NCBI GenBank assembly: GCA_963924565.1
Contig: OZ004612.1
Location: forward strand, 2,232,001 to 2,296,000
Length of the DNA stretch: 64,000 nucleotides
Direction of reading: 5' to 3'
Source: Ascidiella aspersa
Lineage: Eukaryota
A program made the position numbers and the translations under genes. Shown here one piece after another: positions 1 through 11,610 of this stretch. The notes under the pieces are model-generated. The model did not search any database. It was not told where the DNA came from and worked only from the letters and a program-made list of their open reading frames with translations. Each line of letters opens with the position of its first letter. Position 1 is the first letter of the stretch.

Positions 1-1100
1 AGTTGGTTTTCTAGATTCTCATCGAAACGAGGTTGTTGTGGGATGCCAATTGTTTTCATTTTCATTTGATTGTAGATCGTATTATCGCCACAAACAAAAC
101 ATATTTTAGTTAAAATATCGCCCAAGTGGTAACCGTTTTTAAGATCAATATCCCGTCCAAGATATTTAAGCATTTCAGAAACAGGTTTAATCAGCTCAGT
201 ATCCCAGGGTTTGTTCGGTGTAGCTGACCTACCAAGTGGGAACTTGCAAGCAAAAGTAACCATTCCATCAAACGAAATGCCACGAGGTGTGTGCGCATCA
301 AAGAACCAGCCCTTACCATTATTTTCCTCGGGATCATTAATGAAAGGCAACGAAACGTGAGGTACTAGTGTTTCACCAAAGTTTACAACCACAACTTGAA
401 ACATCACAGACACCCAACGGAAATATTCCAGTATATCGTCATAATCTGAACGATTTTGAACACCTTCTTCCAACAAATAGATGTGCTCGAAATCTGAATA
501 AGGAGTGATTTCATTTCTAGCAAGTGATCCCATTCCAACCAAAGCATATTTACAAGGAGCTGGACCTGTAGCTTCCACACAAAACTCCATTATATCTGCC
601 ATGAGCCACTTGTATTTTTCTGTGATGATGTTTTGCAAACTCTCAATCAGACTAGCTCTACGTTGATCGGTTTGTGCAATTGAAATTGCTTTTAATGCAA
701 TATCCTTTATCCAACAACGAAAGTCTTTCACTTTAGTGGCAGATGCTTCAACTAGTTGCTTCAAACTGTCCACACTGGTGTCATGGCTGCCAGCAAGTTG
801 AAGAACACGCGAACAAAGCTCATCGAGATCTTTCTCAACCTCAGCAACGTTGTCAGGTATTCTCACAACAGCTGCATTTAACAACACGGCGCTGCGAATG
901 AGAGATATTTTCTTGTCTCTACCCTCGGGAAATTCATCAGCTATTTCGTGATATGCCCGGCCGAGTTGATGGATAACTTTGGCGGATTGTTTTACATCAC
1001 GTTCCTTTCCGTTTGCGTAACATAGTGACTTTAATTCCTTTGCAAGTTCATAAGTTTTAACTTTGTAAATGCTAGCTTTATTATCTGAGCACCCTTGCAT
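1..1100 (-). CDS. NTase-TPR family copy 1; 5' part only (N-terminus and nucleotidyltransferase domain), continues beyond the left window edge
   Basis: ATG at 1100-1098 reads MQGCSDNKASIYKVKTYELAKELKSLCYANG...YALVGMGSLARNEITPYSDFEHIYLL, collinear with copies 2-6. Absent from the ORF track, presumably because its stop lies outside the window. Confidence 0.85.
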   Translation of the reverse strand, partial: MQGCSDNKASIYKVKTYELAKELKSLCYANGKERDVKQSAKVIHQLGRAYHEIADEFPEGRDKKISLIRSAVLLNAAVVRIPDNVAEVEKDLDELCSRVLQLAGSHDTSVDSLKQLVEASATKVKDFRCWIKDIALKAISIAQTDQRRASLIESLQNIITEKYKWLMADIMEFCVEATGPAPCKYALVGMGSLARNEITPYSDFEHIYLLEEGVQNRSDYDDILEYFRWVSVMFQVVVVNFGETLVPHVSLPFINDPEENNGKGWFFDAHTPRGISFDGMVTFACKFPLGRSATPNKPWDTELIKPVSEMLKYLGRDIDLKNGYHLGDILTKICFVCGDNTIYNQMKMKTIGIPQQPRFDENLENQ

Positions 1101-2930
1101 ATTACAACTGATTGTAAATTTCTAAAAAAAGCAAGTAAAGTTGTAAAATGCAGGTTAGTCTTGTTATCTACCGATTAAATGCATTTCAGATCTAAAAAGT
1201 ACGACTTCTAAATTGCAAGCAATGAAGTTCTATTAACTATAATTCAGTCTGCATTGAAGCAACTCAATATTAGGCTTAACCAATTCAGGTGGGCTGGCTG
1301 TGACGCGACAATAACCGGATGTGACGCGACAATAACCGGCCGTGACGCAGTGAATAAATATGAGCCTAGCCATTGTTTGTCGAAGCGAGCAACAAGCAAA
1401 GGTAAAATACACAACTATTTATTAGTTTGATAAATAAATGTGTTTAAATACGTTAAATGTAATTTCTTGTGTGATAAAACTTAGAAAATAAAGCTAAATG
1501 TCAATTTCAAAGATTATCAGACTGCTTGTTATATTTGAAAGTAAATTGTGACCCAGTGGTTACTTGGTTAAAATAAACATGACCTAACTTAACCAATTTT
1601 AGGTAATTTGATTTTGTAATTGTCACCTTTTGAGTTGAAACACCTGAATTAATTCACATGTGCAAATGTGGATATTTTGTATTGGTAATAATTTTTAGCT
1701 CGAACTAAACCAGCTTTATGGTCATTTGTTTGATATATAGATATATATGCACACATTGAACTTGTATTTAAGCTGTTTGCGACATGATGGTGTTTAGCAC
1801 TTTTTTTCGTTTTTTTATGCGGCAATTTCGGGAAAACAAATTTTAACAAATTTGTTTTCTGTTCTCGTTTAACCAAATTGCTGAAATTAGTGGGTCTTTA
1901 TCACCGCCTAGCGGACAAACATTTACTCAACATATTTTAAAATATCCAAGGATTATATTACAACTTGTTATATGAAGCCAATATGATATGCTGTAAATTA
2001 CGTAACACTTTTACCTTAAAATGGCTCAAAAATATTAAGGATCTTGATCGTTACAATGCAATGTGCGGTTTGGTCACATGGCTTGGGTTGAAATGAATTG
2101 TGTTTATTTAACATTTTACTCTAAAATAAAGCTATTTATCTAATTTTTTGCACCTAAAACGATTATCATATGTTGGGTATTTCTTATTTTTAGTTAAGGT
2201 TTTACTGAACTTAGCTTGTTATTTTTTTAACTTGGATTTTACTTAAACTTAGCTAAAAGCGCCTATAAACCACTGTAGCCTGATACACTCTAGTATTGGC
2301 CGTAGCTCTTAAACCACTCACGTGAAACCAACTTTTTATTGACAATTAATGTCGAAGCTTACAAATAACACAATAGCAGTTACACATGAGCACATTTTGA
2401 ACTTAATATTTTGCGGCTTGAGCTTTGTATAATGTTTAACTAGTTCGAGAAATATCAAGACCAGTGTATTACATCTAACTAAAACTTCCGTTATACTCCG
2501 CAGATTAACTGGCGTAAATTTAACTAGCTTAGAAATAAAAAATAACAATAAATTGAGTGATATGTCGCCCTATAATTTATTTGAAACTTGCGTAGGAGTT
2601 TCGTTTTACAAGGTTATGTAAGTTTCCTGCAGTTCACATTAATAGATCTTCACACACACACTTTAAAAACAGCAATTAATTAAATTCCTGCTACATTCAC
2701 TCGAAATTCACCTCAAGTCAATCAATCAGTTGCCAATCTAGCATTGCGTTCTTGTGGCTTCCAGCATGCTTTGGGCTGCAAAGAAGTTGTTGCAAAAATT
2801 TAACAAACCATGTTTATTTAAGCGTTTCTACAGCGGGCCTTGGTTGAAGAAAGAGTTGTAAGGGTAATTTAAGTGCAGAAAAACGCTAACTTTCATGTTG
2901 ACCTTTTGTTAAAATATTTGTTATTTTTGT

Positions 2931-3782
2931 TGCATGGCAGATATAGTTTTCGTTACATTGCATGGCAGATATAGTTTTCGTTAAATTGCATGGTAGATAT
3001 AGTTTTCGTTAAATTGCATGGCAGATATAGTTTTCGTTAAATTACATGGCAGATATAGTTTTCGTTACATTGCATGGCAGATATAGTTTTCGTTACATTG
3101 CACGGCAGATATAGTTTTCGTTAAATTACATGGCAGATATAGTTTTCTTTAAATTGCATGGCAGATATAGTTTTCGTTACATTGCATGGCAGATATAGTT
3201 TTCGTTACATTGCATGGCAGATATAGTTTTCGTTACATTGCATGGCAGATATAGTTTTCGTTAAATTACATGGCAGATATAGTTTTCGTTACATTGCATG
3301 GCAGATATAGTTTTCGTTACATTGCATGGCAGATATAGTTTTCGTTAAATTACATGGCAGATATAGTTTTCTTTAAATTGCATGGCAGATATAGTTTTCG
3401 TTACATTGCATGGCAGATATAGTTTTCGTTACATTGCATGGCAGATATAGTTTTCGTTACATTGCATGGCAGATATAGTTTTCGTTACATTACATGGCAG
3501 ATATAGTTTTCGTTACATTACATGGCAGATATAGTTTTCGTTAAATTACATGGCAGATATAGTTTTCTTTAAATTGCATGGCAGATATAGTTTTCGTTAC
3601 ATTGCATGGCAGATATAGTTTTCGTTACATTGCATGGCAGATATAGTTTTCGTTACATTGCATGGCAGATATAGTTTTCGTTACATTACATGGCAGATAT
3701 AGTTTTCGTTACATTACATGGCAGATATAGTTTTCGTTACATTACATGGCAGATATAGTTTACGTTATATTGCATGGCAGAT
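2931..3782. repeat. 28-bp minisatellite, about 30 copies (TGCATGGCAGATATAGTTTTCGTTACAT)
   Basis: Direct tandem periodicity with few variants (tgca/taca, taca/taaa, cgtt/cttt). Confidence 0.95.
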
Positions 3783-4049
3783 GTGTTCTCTAGATACATT
3801 GCTACTTATTTATACAGCGGATGTTTTCATTTGTACCAACATTTTGGTGTTGATTTGCTTTTATATACAATTTTATGCTTGATGTTTTTGGAAATTATTT
3901 AAAAACTTCAAATGAGAAATGTTCCTTCTAAAAGGCGGATTATGTGCTTACTTTGTTTGGTGGTTGATTATCATTATGCCTTGGTCGTTAGATATAAGGT
4001 TTTATTGACATTTTTTGGTTGTTATCGTTGGATATATTTATTTGCTGCG

Positions 4050-5170
4050 TTTTTTTTTAATTTTGACCTTTTTTTTTTGACATTTGTTAAGGAATTTTGT
4101 TCTTGTCTCTTTCGGTTGTTTAAATGAAGTTGTTCTTGTCTTCTATGATTGTTCAATTTTCTTTTTACATTTTGCTTGTTTGAAGGATTCTGTTTTGACT
4201 TTTCGTTATGGTCGGAAGAATATTGTTCTTGCTTTTTTAGTTATTTGAAGAATTTTGTTTTTTACTTTTTTTGGTTGTTTGAAGGATTTTGTTTTTACTA
4301 TTTTTGGCATTTTGTTTTTGTCTATTTTGGTTGTTTGAAACGATTTTGTTTAGCGTTTTTTATTGTATGAAGGAATTTGTTTTAACTTTTTTGGGTTGTT
4401 TACCTGCAATAATTTGTTTTTGTCTTTTTTGATTGTTTGAAGGATTTTGTTTTTACTTTTTTGGTTGTTTGAAGTATTTTGTTTTTGTCTTTTTTGGTGG
4501 TTGAATGAAATATTTTATTTTGAACATTTTGATTGAGGAAAAGATTTAGTTTTTATCTGACTTTTTTCGGTGGTCGAAGGATTCTGCTTGTGTCTTTTTT
4601 GATGGTTGGTTGAAGGATTTTGTTTTTACTATTTTTGGCATTTTGTTTTTGTCTATTTTGGTTGTTTGAAACGATTTTGTTTAGCGTTTTTTATTGTATG
4701 AGGGAATTTGTTTTAACTTTTTTGGGTTGTTTACCTGCAATATATATATATATTTTTTTTTGGGGTTGTTTGAAGGATTTTGTTTTTACTTTTTTCGTTG
4801 TTTAACTGCAATAATTTGTTTTTGTCTTTTTTGATTGTTTGAAGGATTTTGTTTTTACTTTTTTGGTTGTTTGGAGTATTTTGTTTTTGTCTTTTTTGGT
4901 GGTTGAATGCAATATTTTATTTTGAAGTTTTTGATTGAGGAAAAGATTTAGTTTTTATCTGACTTTTTTCGGTGGTCGAAGGATTCTGTTTGTGTCTTTT
5001 TTGATGGTTGGTTGAAGAATTGTTGATGTGTTTTTGTTCTTTGACCGATTTTGTTTTGCATTTTATGGTTGTTTGAAGGATTTTACTTTCTGATTGTTTG
5101 AAAGATTTTGTTCTTGTTTTTTTAAGTGTGTGAATAATTATTTAGTTTTTGTTGTTGTTGGAAATATTTT
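4050..5170. repeat. Degenerate T-rich tandem repeat (TTGAAGGATTTTGTTTT core), related to the 63040-64000 satellite
   Basis: Recurrent ~30-37 bp subunits with larger internal duplications (e.g. ~4270-4410 vs ~4610-4740). Confidence 0.8.
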
Positions 5171-5498
5171 GATTGTTCAATGATAGCGTGTTTACCATTT
5201 TTTTTTAATAATAGACTATTGCCATTTCTTTTTTGCTTGGTGGTTTGCTTTGAATGTGTTTACATTGTTTGGGCGTTTACGGATTAGTTTTATTAGAATA
5301 GTAATTTGTCATTTCTTGTAATTTATGATGATAAAAGTATTGCCTGTATATTTTTTCCACTAAAAAAACGATGGTGTGGTCGTACAAGCGCGCAGCTCGA
5401 AAACATATGGGATTTGTGCAGTCAAATGTATCTAACCTTATTTTAAGCCTTATTGTTTTCTATAACCTGGGGGATTTTCTATAAGCTGGGGGATTTGA

Positions 5499-6515
5499 CT
5501 GTCATGTTGGCTGGTTATAAGTGTCATGTTGGCAGGTGGTCGGTGTCATGTTGGCAGGCGGTCGGTGTGGTCGGTGTCATGTTGGCTGGTGGTGGCATGT
5601 TTTTTATGTGCAGGTGACATGGACATAAGTTATTTGATTATAAAGTTGGCCGAGGTGGGTTGTGCGTCATTGGTTATATAGGTAGTCGGTGTCATGTTGG
5701 CAGGTGGTCGGTGTGGTCGGTGTCATGTTGGCTGGCGGTTAGTGTCATGTTGGCAGGTGGTAGGTGTGGTCGGTGTCATGTTGGCTGCTTATAAGTGTCA
5801 TGTTGGCAGGTGGTAGGTGTGGTCGGTGTCATGTTGGCTGGTGGTGGCATGTTTTTTTATGTGCAGGTGACATGGACATAAGTTATTTGATTATAAAGTT
5901 GGCCGAGGTGGGTTGTGCGTCATTGGTTATATAGGTAGTCGGTGTCATGTTGACAGGTGGTCGGTGTGGTCGGTGTCATGTTGGCTGGCGGTTAGTGTCA
6001 TGTTGGCTTGTGTTCGGTGTCATGTTGGCAGGTGGTCGGTGTCATGTTGGCAGGCGGTCGGTGTGGTCGGTGTCATGTTGGCAGGTGGTCGGTGTCATGT
6101 TGGCTGGTGGTTAGGGTCATGTTGGCAGGTGGTCGGTGTCATGTTGGCAGGTGATCGGTGTCATGTTGGCAGGTGGTCGGTGTCATGTTGTCTGGTGGTC
6201 GGTGTCATGTTGGCTTGTGGCTGTTGGTCGCTGTTAGCAGGTAGTGGTCTCTCAATGCCATGTTAGTTTCATTTTGGCCGATTGCCAGTGTCATGTCATA
6301 TTTGAAGTGCCATGTTAGCAATTTATCGGTGGCATTTAAGCAGATTTCCGGTGTCATGTTGGCAGGTAACCAGTGTCATGTTGGCAAGTGGTGCTGCTGT
6401 CATGTTGGCAAGTGGTTCTTCTGTCCTGTTGGCAAGTGGTTCTGCTGTCATGTTGGCAAGTGGTGCTGCTGTCACGTTGGCAGTTGGCCAGTGTCCTGTT
6501 TGAGAAATGTTGGCA
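5499..6515. repeat. 22-bp minisatellite (GTGTCATGTTGGCAGGTGGTCG) with a duplicated ~100-bp spacer and 24-bp variants at the right end
   Basis: TGTCATGTTGGC core repeated throughout; the spacer at ~5590-5690 recurs at ~5845-5940. Confidence 0.9.
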
Positions 6516-6672
6516 AATGTTTAGTAGCATAGGCCGTTTGTCAGTGTCAATTCTGTAGATCACCAACGATGTTTATAAAAGCATATAATTACAAAAATTA
6601 GGAAATTCTTTCAGTCACTTCAGCTGGTCTATTTACGTCATTATGACGCGTTAAAGAACAGGTGATGTCGTC

Positions 6673-7122
6673 GCTGCCATGGCAACCAGAAAATGACGTC
6701 TAAGTTTTCAGCAAATGTCTAATATTGAGGTAAGCATTTTATAATCAGTGTTTAAAGGTGAATCCCTGGAAGATAATAATACATTGTGACTTTACTACAT
6801 TAATTGTCACTAATGCCCTTTATAAATCACTGACGGTTTATAAAAGCTTAATATTTATGGTAAAAATTCTGAATTGTTGCAGTTTTATAATAAACTTAAA
6901 TAACCTTGGTTACCGTATTTAGCCATTTCGTTTCGCATTGAATATTCATTGTGTCATATTATTAGATCATGATTAAATATTACTTTAACTGATAATAACG
7001 GGAGTAAATCAGAAAATATATACAAAATTAAAAATATACTTGAATAAATTCTTATTTTAGAGCATTTTCAAGATTGTGAACGACTTCCAGCTGGCAAAAG
7101 CATCTTCATCAAACGACAAATG
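6673..7122 (+). other. Candidate small spliced transcript: X-box-like palindrome, ATG exon 6715-6729, exon 7061-7122
   Basis: GCTGCCATGGCAAC at 6673-6686; donor GAG|GTAAGC (6729/6730); acceptor TTATTTTAG| (7060); donor ATG|GTAAGT (7122/7123). Joined frame reads MSNIESIFKIVNDFQLAKASSSNDK. Confidence 0.3.
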
Positions 7123-7249
7123 GTAAGTTATACAAATTATGTATTTCATTGAATAAAATGGCGGAGTATATCTTCTTCAATGTTAGGTTGCTTGGACTAA
7201 CAAATGAAGCATTGGCGTTATGGATGTTTCTCGACTTGCTCTTCCCTGA

Positions 7250-7335
7250 GCTTGTGTAGCTCAGTTGGTAGAGCGACGTTCCCGGCTTGACCGAAGGTCG
7301 TGAGTTCCAATCTCACTGCAGGTTGGTGTTTTTTT
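7250..7335 (+). pseudogene. tRNA-derived element (tRNA pseudogene or SINE head)
   Basis: D-arm/A box TAGCTCAGTTGGTAGAGC, T-arm GTGAG-TTCCAAT-CTCAC, downstream T run; the acceptor stem is mostly wobble pairs and the anticodon arm is irregular. Confidence 0.6.
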
Positions 7336-10300
7336 AGTCTGCTCTGCTTGCATTGATCGACTTTGATTAACGTAATCTCACTATACCACCGCATTATTGC
7401 CACATTGTAAACTTGTTGAGTTATCTTTCAGATTCGCCATATATCACAATGGAAGCGAATTCAAGATTGTACAAATAATGTTCTAATAACACCACTTATT
7501 CAACATTGTCACTTACAAACTAGCTAATGGTGCGAGGGTATTTTCTTTGCAATATTCCATCTTACGTAAACCAAAATGATCAACAAGTAAAACTCAAACG
7601 TTTTGTTTAAAATTAAAATATATTTCGCCAAGTGGCATCTTTAGTTCCTTAATTCGAATGAATGAGGATTAAAAGCATATAGTTACAGATTTACCCACAA
7701 GTTACCCCGAATGAAGTATTCCATTAAAAAAGCAATGAACAAATTTACATTTAACACACGTCCAAAATCAACATCTAAGTAAAACGGTTTTTGTTTTGAA
7801 ATTAAAGAAAAAAATTACCTTGCATGGCATTTTGTGTTGTATGTTTTTTCGATGACTACAGGAAATAGTTATATTTTCCCGATGTAATAGGTTTACGGTC
7901 AACTTAGTGCATTTTATCTTACATAACGTGTTACGTAACTGTGTTTTATAACTGTGTACTACATAACAGTTTGTTACACAATTGCTTTTTATAACTTTTT
8001 TCTACATAATGTGTTGCATAACTTTAAAAAACAATCCAAAGGCTGTTAACATTTTCCTATTTATCCGGTAACTGATTCAATATTATATTGATTGCCAAAC
8101 TAGATCCCTCTAATTTGTCAAAATATCTATTTAGGGGAATTACTCACAACAATGATGAGGGCTGCGCTTTATTGTGACGCGTGTTGTAGCAGTAGCAGCT
8201 GTGTCGTCATACTCTGCCTAGGGCATCCAGTTAAGTATTCTCAGTTAAGCGTTTTCAGACACATTTGTTGTGTAATTATATGGGCGGAAAATATATTTAC
8301 GGACACATCTTTTTTGGCCTTTAAAAGTGTCAAACCAATTTTTGTCCGAAGCTTTATAGAAAACGTATACATCGTAGAATTCTCAAATTTTTAAACAAGA
8401 GGTAGAGTGCTATGTGGATGCGCTGTACAGCTTTATGAGGCTGCACCCCTAGGGGCCTTTGATTGGGGGAAAAAACCTAAAATATTGTGAGGTCATCGTT
8501 TTTAGGCTTTCTGTAGCTATCGACTCCCATCTAGCGGTTGAAAAACTTTAATACAGAATTTGGCCATATTCGATTGCTTTGTTCAGCTCGCGAAACGACG
8601 AAGCGACTTGACGCCTGCTGCGCTTTATTGTCCCGTGGTGCGACTTTCATTGTGCGCTGTGACTCGTCTTAGTAATTCATTGGCAACAGTATAGTATACC
8701 ATTGGCGTTAAACCATCTTAAGAGAATGATTATATTAGGGCTACGATTTTTTTTTGCCTGCAAGTAAACGAAAGTAGAATTGTTACGTTTGAGAAAAACG
8801 TGCCATAATCACAAGTAATGTATTCAGCTTAGAAATTAACACGTCCTTTTCAGAAACAAGGATACTTATGGCGTAGTTCATCAGTAAACAGAGTTTTTCT
8901 CTTTGGCGTTATAATTTCTAGCTTATTTTGCTTCATGGTTGTCAAATTTAAAGAATAATAAAGAAAAATGAAAGCAACTGATGAAAACCAGACCAGTGGT
9001 TCTTAATCTTTTCTAACTCTGCTTTGTGGACATAAACCGCCGTGGGTTCGTGTCATTTTTATAGATTAATCTTATTTAAAGCTTGTAAAAAAACACACCC
9101 ACTCGATTCCAATTGATAAGATCTATTAAATGCTTAAAAGTTAGTATTTAAAATTATTGCCAAACGAATCGATCGATCTACACAAAATACCATGGTCTTA
9201 CATTTCCAAATATTCTAACATATTACGAATGTCAAACATTAACTGACAATTGATTATTCAAAAACTTACAACCGATAACTTAACATGTCCAAAGTATACT
9301 TATACAGTTATACCTCTACCGCAAATTTTACGTTTCTATACCTAAAGCATGCTTTATTTTTCTTCTATTTCAGTTGTGCTATTCATATCAAGCGTTCACA
9401 CGGTCAAAATCATTAAATACGCGAAGTGAGGCAGCGCCAAGCTGTGCCTCTCTTCCGATCACAAAACTTCCATACACTACATTATGCGCGTGCCTTTTTC
9501 GTTCGTAAATTCTCTCGCAAAACATCATGAACGATTTAGCTATGATTTGAGGAATGCCTCAATTGTGACTTCCACGCTATGAAAGCTTTCTTTATCCAGC
9601 TTAAATGCCGGCAAAGCTCTAAAGTTGAAGTCATAAATAAAGGCAGACTTATTGCAAATTTCGTTTTGCATCAGACGACTGGACAAAAAAAATAACACGC
9701 AACTTTCAAAGAGATTTTAAAAAAAAGGAGTGAATGTGTGGCTGTCACAGTCGTAAGCCAGGGTGGTCACCCAAAAATTCTATAAATATTGTACTCTTAA
9801 TAATAATTTGTTTTGTAGCTTTTATGAACAGTACCACAACAGTCCATCACAGGCATACCACGTCATCAAATGTCATGTACTGTTACGTCATAAAAGATGT
9901 AGTCATTATTACGTTTGCTATATTAATGTGGTTTTACTATTGTACTTTTTAAGGATTTTGTTTTTGCTCTCTGCATAATTTGTGCACTAAAACTTAGTCA
10001 GTTGCTGCTCGAAACGGTCTGCTAGCATATTTATTTGTGTTCGATACGCAGTTCATACAATGGCAAAAGCTTAACAAAAAGAGTTCAAACTTTCTTTTTA
10101 TTTTGATTATTACGATACCGTTTTTTTTGGTTGTTAAAGAAAAACGTGACTCGAAAAAAGTTGTGCCTCACCATCTAGGAACCTCACCGCACGTCACTGG
10201 TTACCATGGGTCGGATCCAGGGGGTGGCCACCAGGCCATGTCCCCACCCGCCAAAAAAGCATGATTTCCAAGCATTTACTTTTAAAATGCAATCTGTTTG

Positions 10301-10750
10301 CGCTTTGTGTACTTATATTCTAGTATTTTTTGTCCGTGAAGCTTATTTTAGTTTTGTACTGTGGGGACTCATAAACCATTTCTGCCATAAACTCTGAAAG
10401 CAATTGGTTTCCAAAATATTTTTTAATCCACAACTTAAAGATCAAACATTTTTTTTGCGCTTCGCGTGATTAGCCTGAGGTTCATTCTCATCTTTACGCA
10501 CACGTTCGCTCGAGAACAGCGTTAAAGATTAGTTGTATTATGACGTCATCCCTAAACTTTTCATGTCCTTCTTTTAAACCCGCTCTACCAACTGAATCAA
10601 CAAAGTGACCAAAATATGTTTTATTAAAATTGAAAAAAAAATTGTTTTGTTTAGATTTTAAATGAATAACATATTAGCAACAACACACATAAGTATATAT
10701 TCCTAACTTTATATTGAGCATTCTAAAATCATATGGATGCTGTAAATAAA

Positions 10751-11464
10751 CAGTGGTCGACAAACTGCGGGCCGCATTAATGCTGTACATATATTGTATT
10801 TAATTTTTAAAGTTAGCCTGGCTAAGAATTGGTAAATTGTCTAAACGTGGTTCAGGTCCGCTTGCCAAATGTGTCCCTGAGAGCGCCCACCATCAAACTA
10901 TATCATTTGTTTTCGCGCTTCGCACCTACATTCTTCGTTTCATAGTATGCTTTACATTATGGCTTGGCAGAGTTTTCGGCATGTTGAGGCGTCGTCTAAT
11001 ATTTCACCATTTCTTGGTGTCCGCAGCCTAACGCTGTGTGGACTTAAACCCTTAAAAATACATCTAGTTAATGATTTTTTGTGTATCATTGTAATATTGC
11101 TATTGTACCGTAAGTAACATTTATACAAAATTTACTTCAAGATTAACGTAATGTATGCAATTTTGCATATCGTGCGAACGTTTCACGTGATGGCGGGTGC
11201 CGCCAATCAACTGTGGAGATGATATAGTGGTAATATTTAAAGTATACACGTCTAACGTAAACAATTCGTCAACTGACGTTTAGCTTCATATTTGCGCACG
11301 AGTTTGTTCGAGAACATCAAGTATTTCCAAGAACAATTGTTTTTGTCGTAAATTAAAACAAATATTCTAAAATCACTGTTTTTTTCCGGCTGTAGTGGTT
11401 TTACATAGTGGGCCTTTAGGGAAAAAGTGCTTTGGGCCGCGACAAAAAAGTTTGCCGAACGCTT
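10751..11464. mobile_element. Degenerate hAT-like MITE just downstream of copy 2
   Basis: Left end CAGTGGTCGACAAACTGCGGGCCGC; right end GGGCCGCGACAAAAAAGTTTGCCGAACGCT (imperfect inverted termini); absent from paralogous flanks at ~20310 and ~57345. TSD not clear. Confidence 0.45.
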
Positions 11465-11610
11465 ATGTAAAGTATCAAAACTTAAAATTTATACATTTTT
11501 TTATTTATACGCGACCATTAAAAAGTGACAATAACAGGAATACTTAAGTCAATTGTCGGACATCAACTCATTCAAAGGAGCTCAATAATTAAACTAGGAC
11601 GAATTTATTT

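Noticed and set aside
2931-6515. Repeat arrays as CRISPR-like loci
   Set aside because: Units are directly tandem without unique spacers, there are no cas genes, and the context is eukaryotic.
5913-6566. Cys/Trp/Val-rich ORFs
   Set aside because: Translations of the 22/24-bp minisatellite.
7250-7335. Functional tRNA gene
   Set aside because: Anticodon arm does not form a canonical 5-bp stem with a 7-nt loop and the acceptor stem is mostly G-U pairs.
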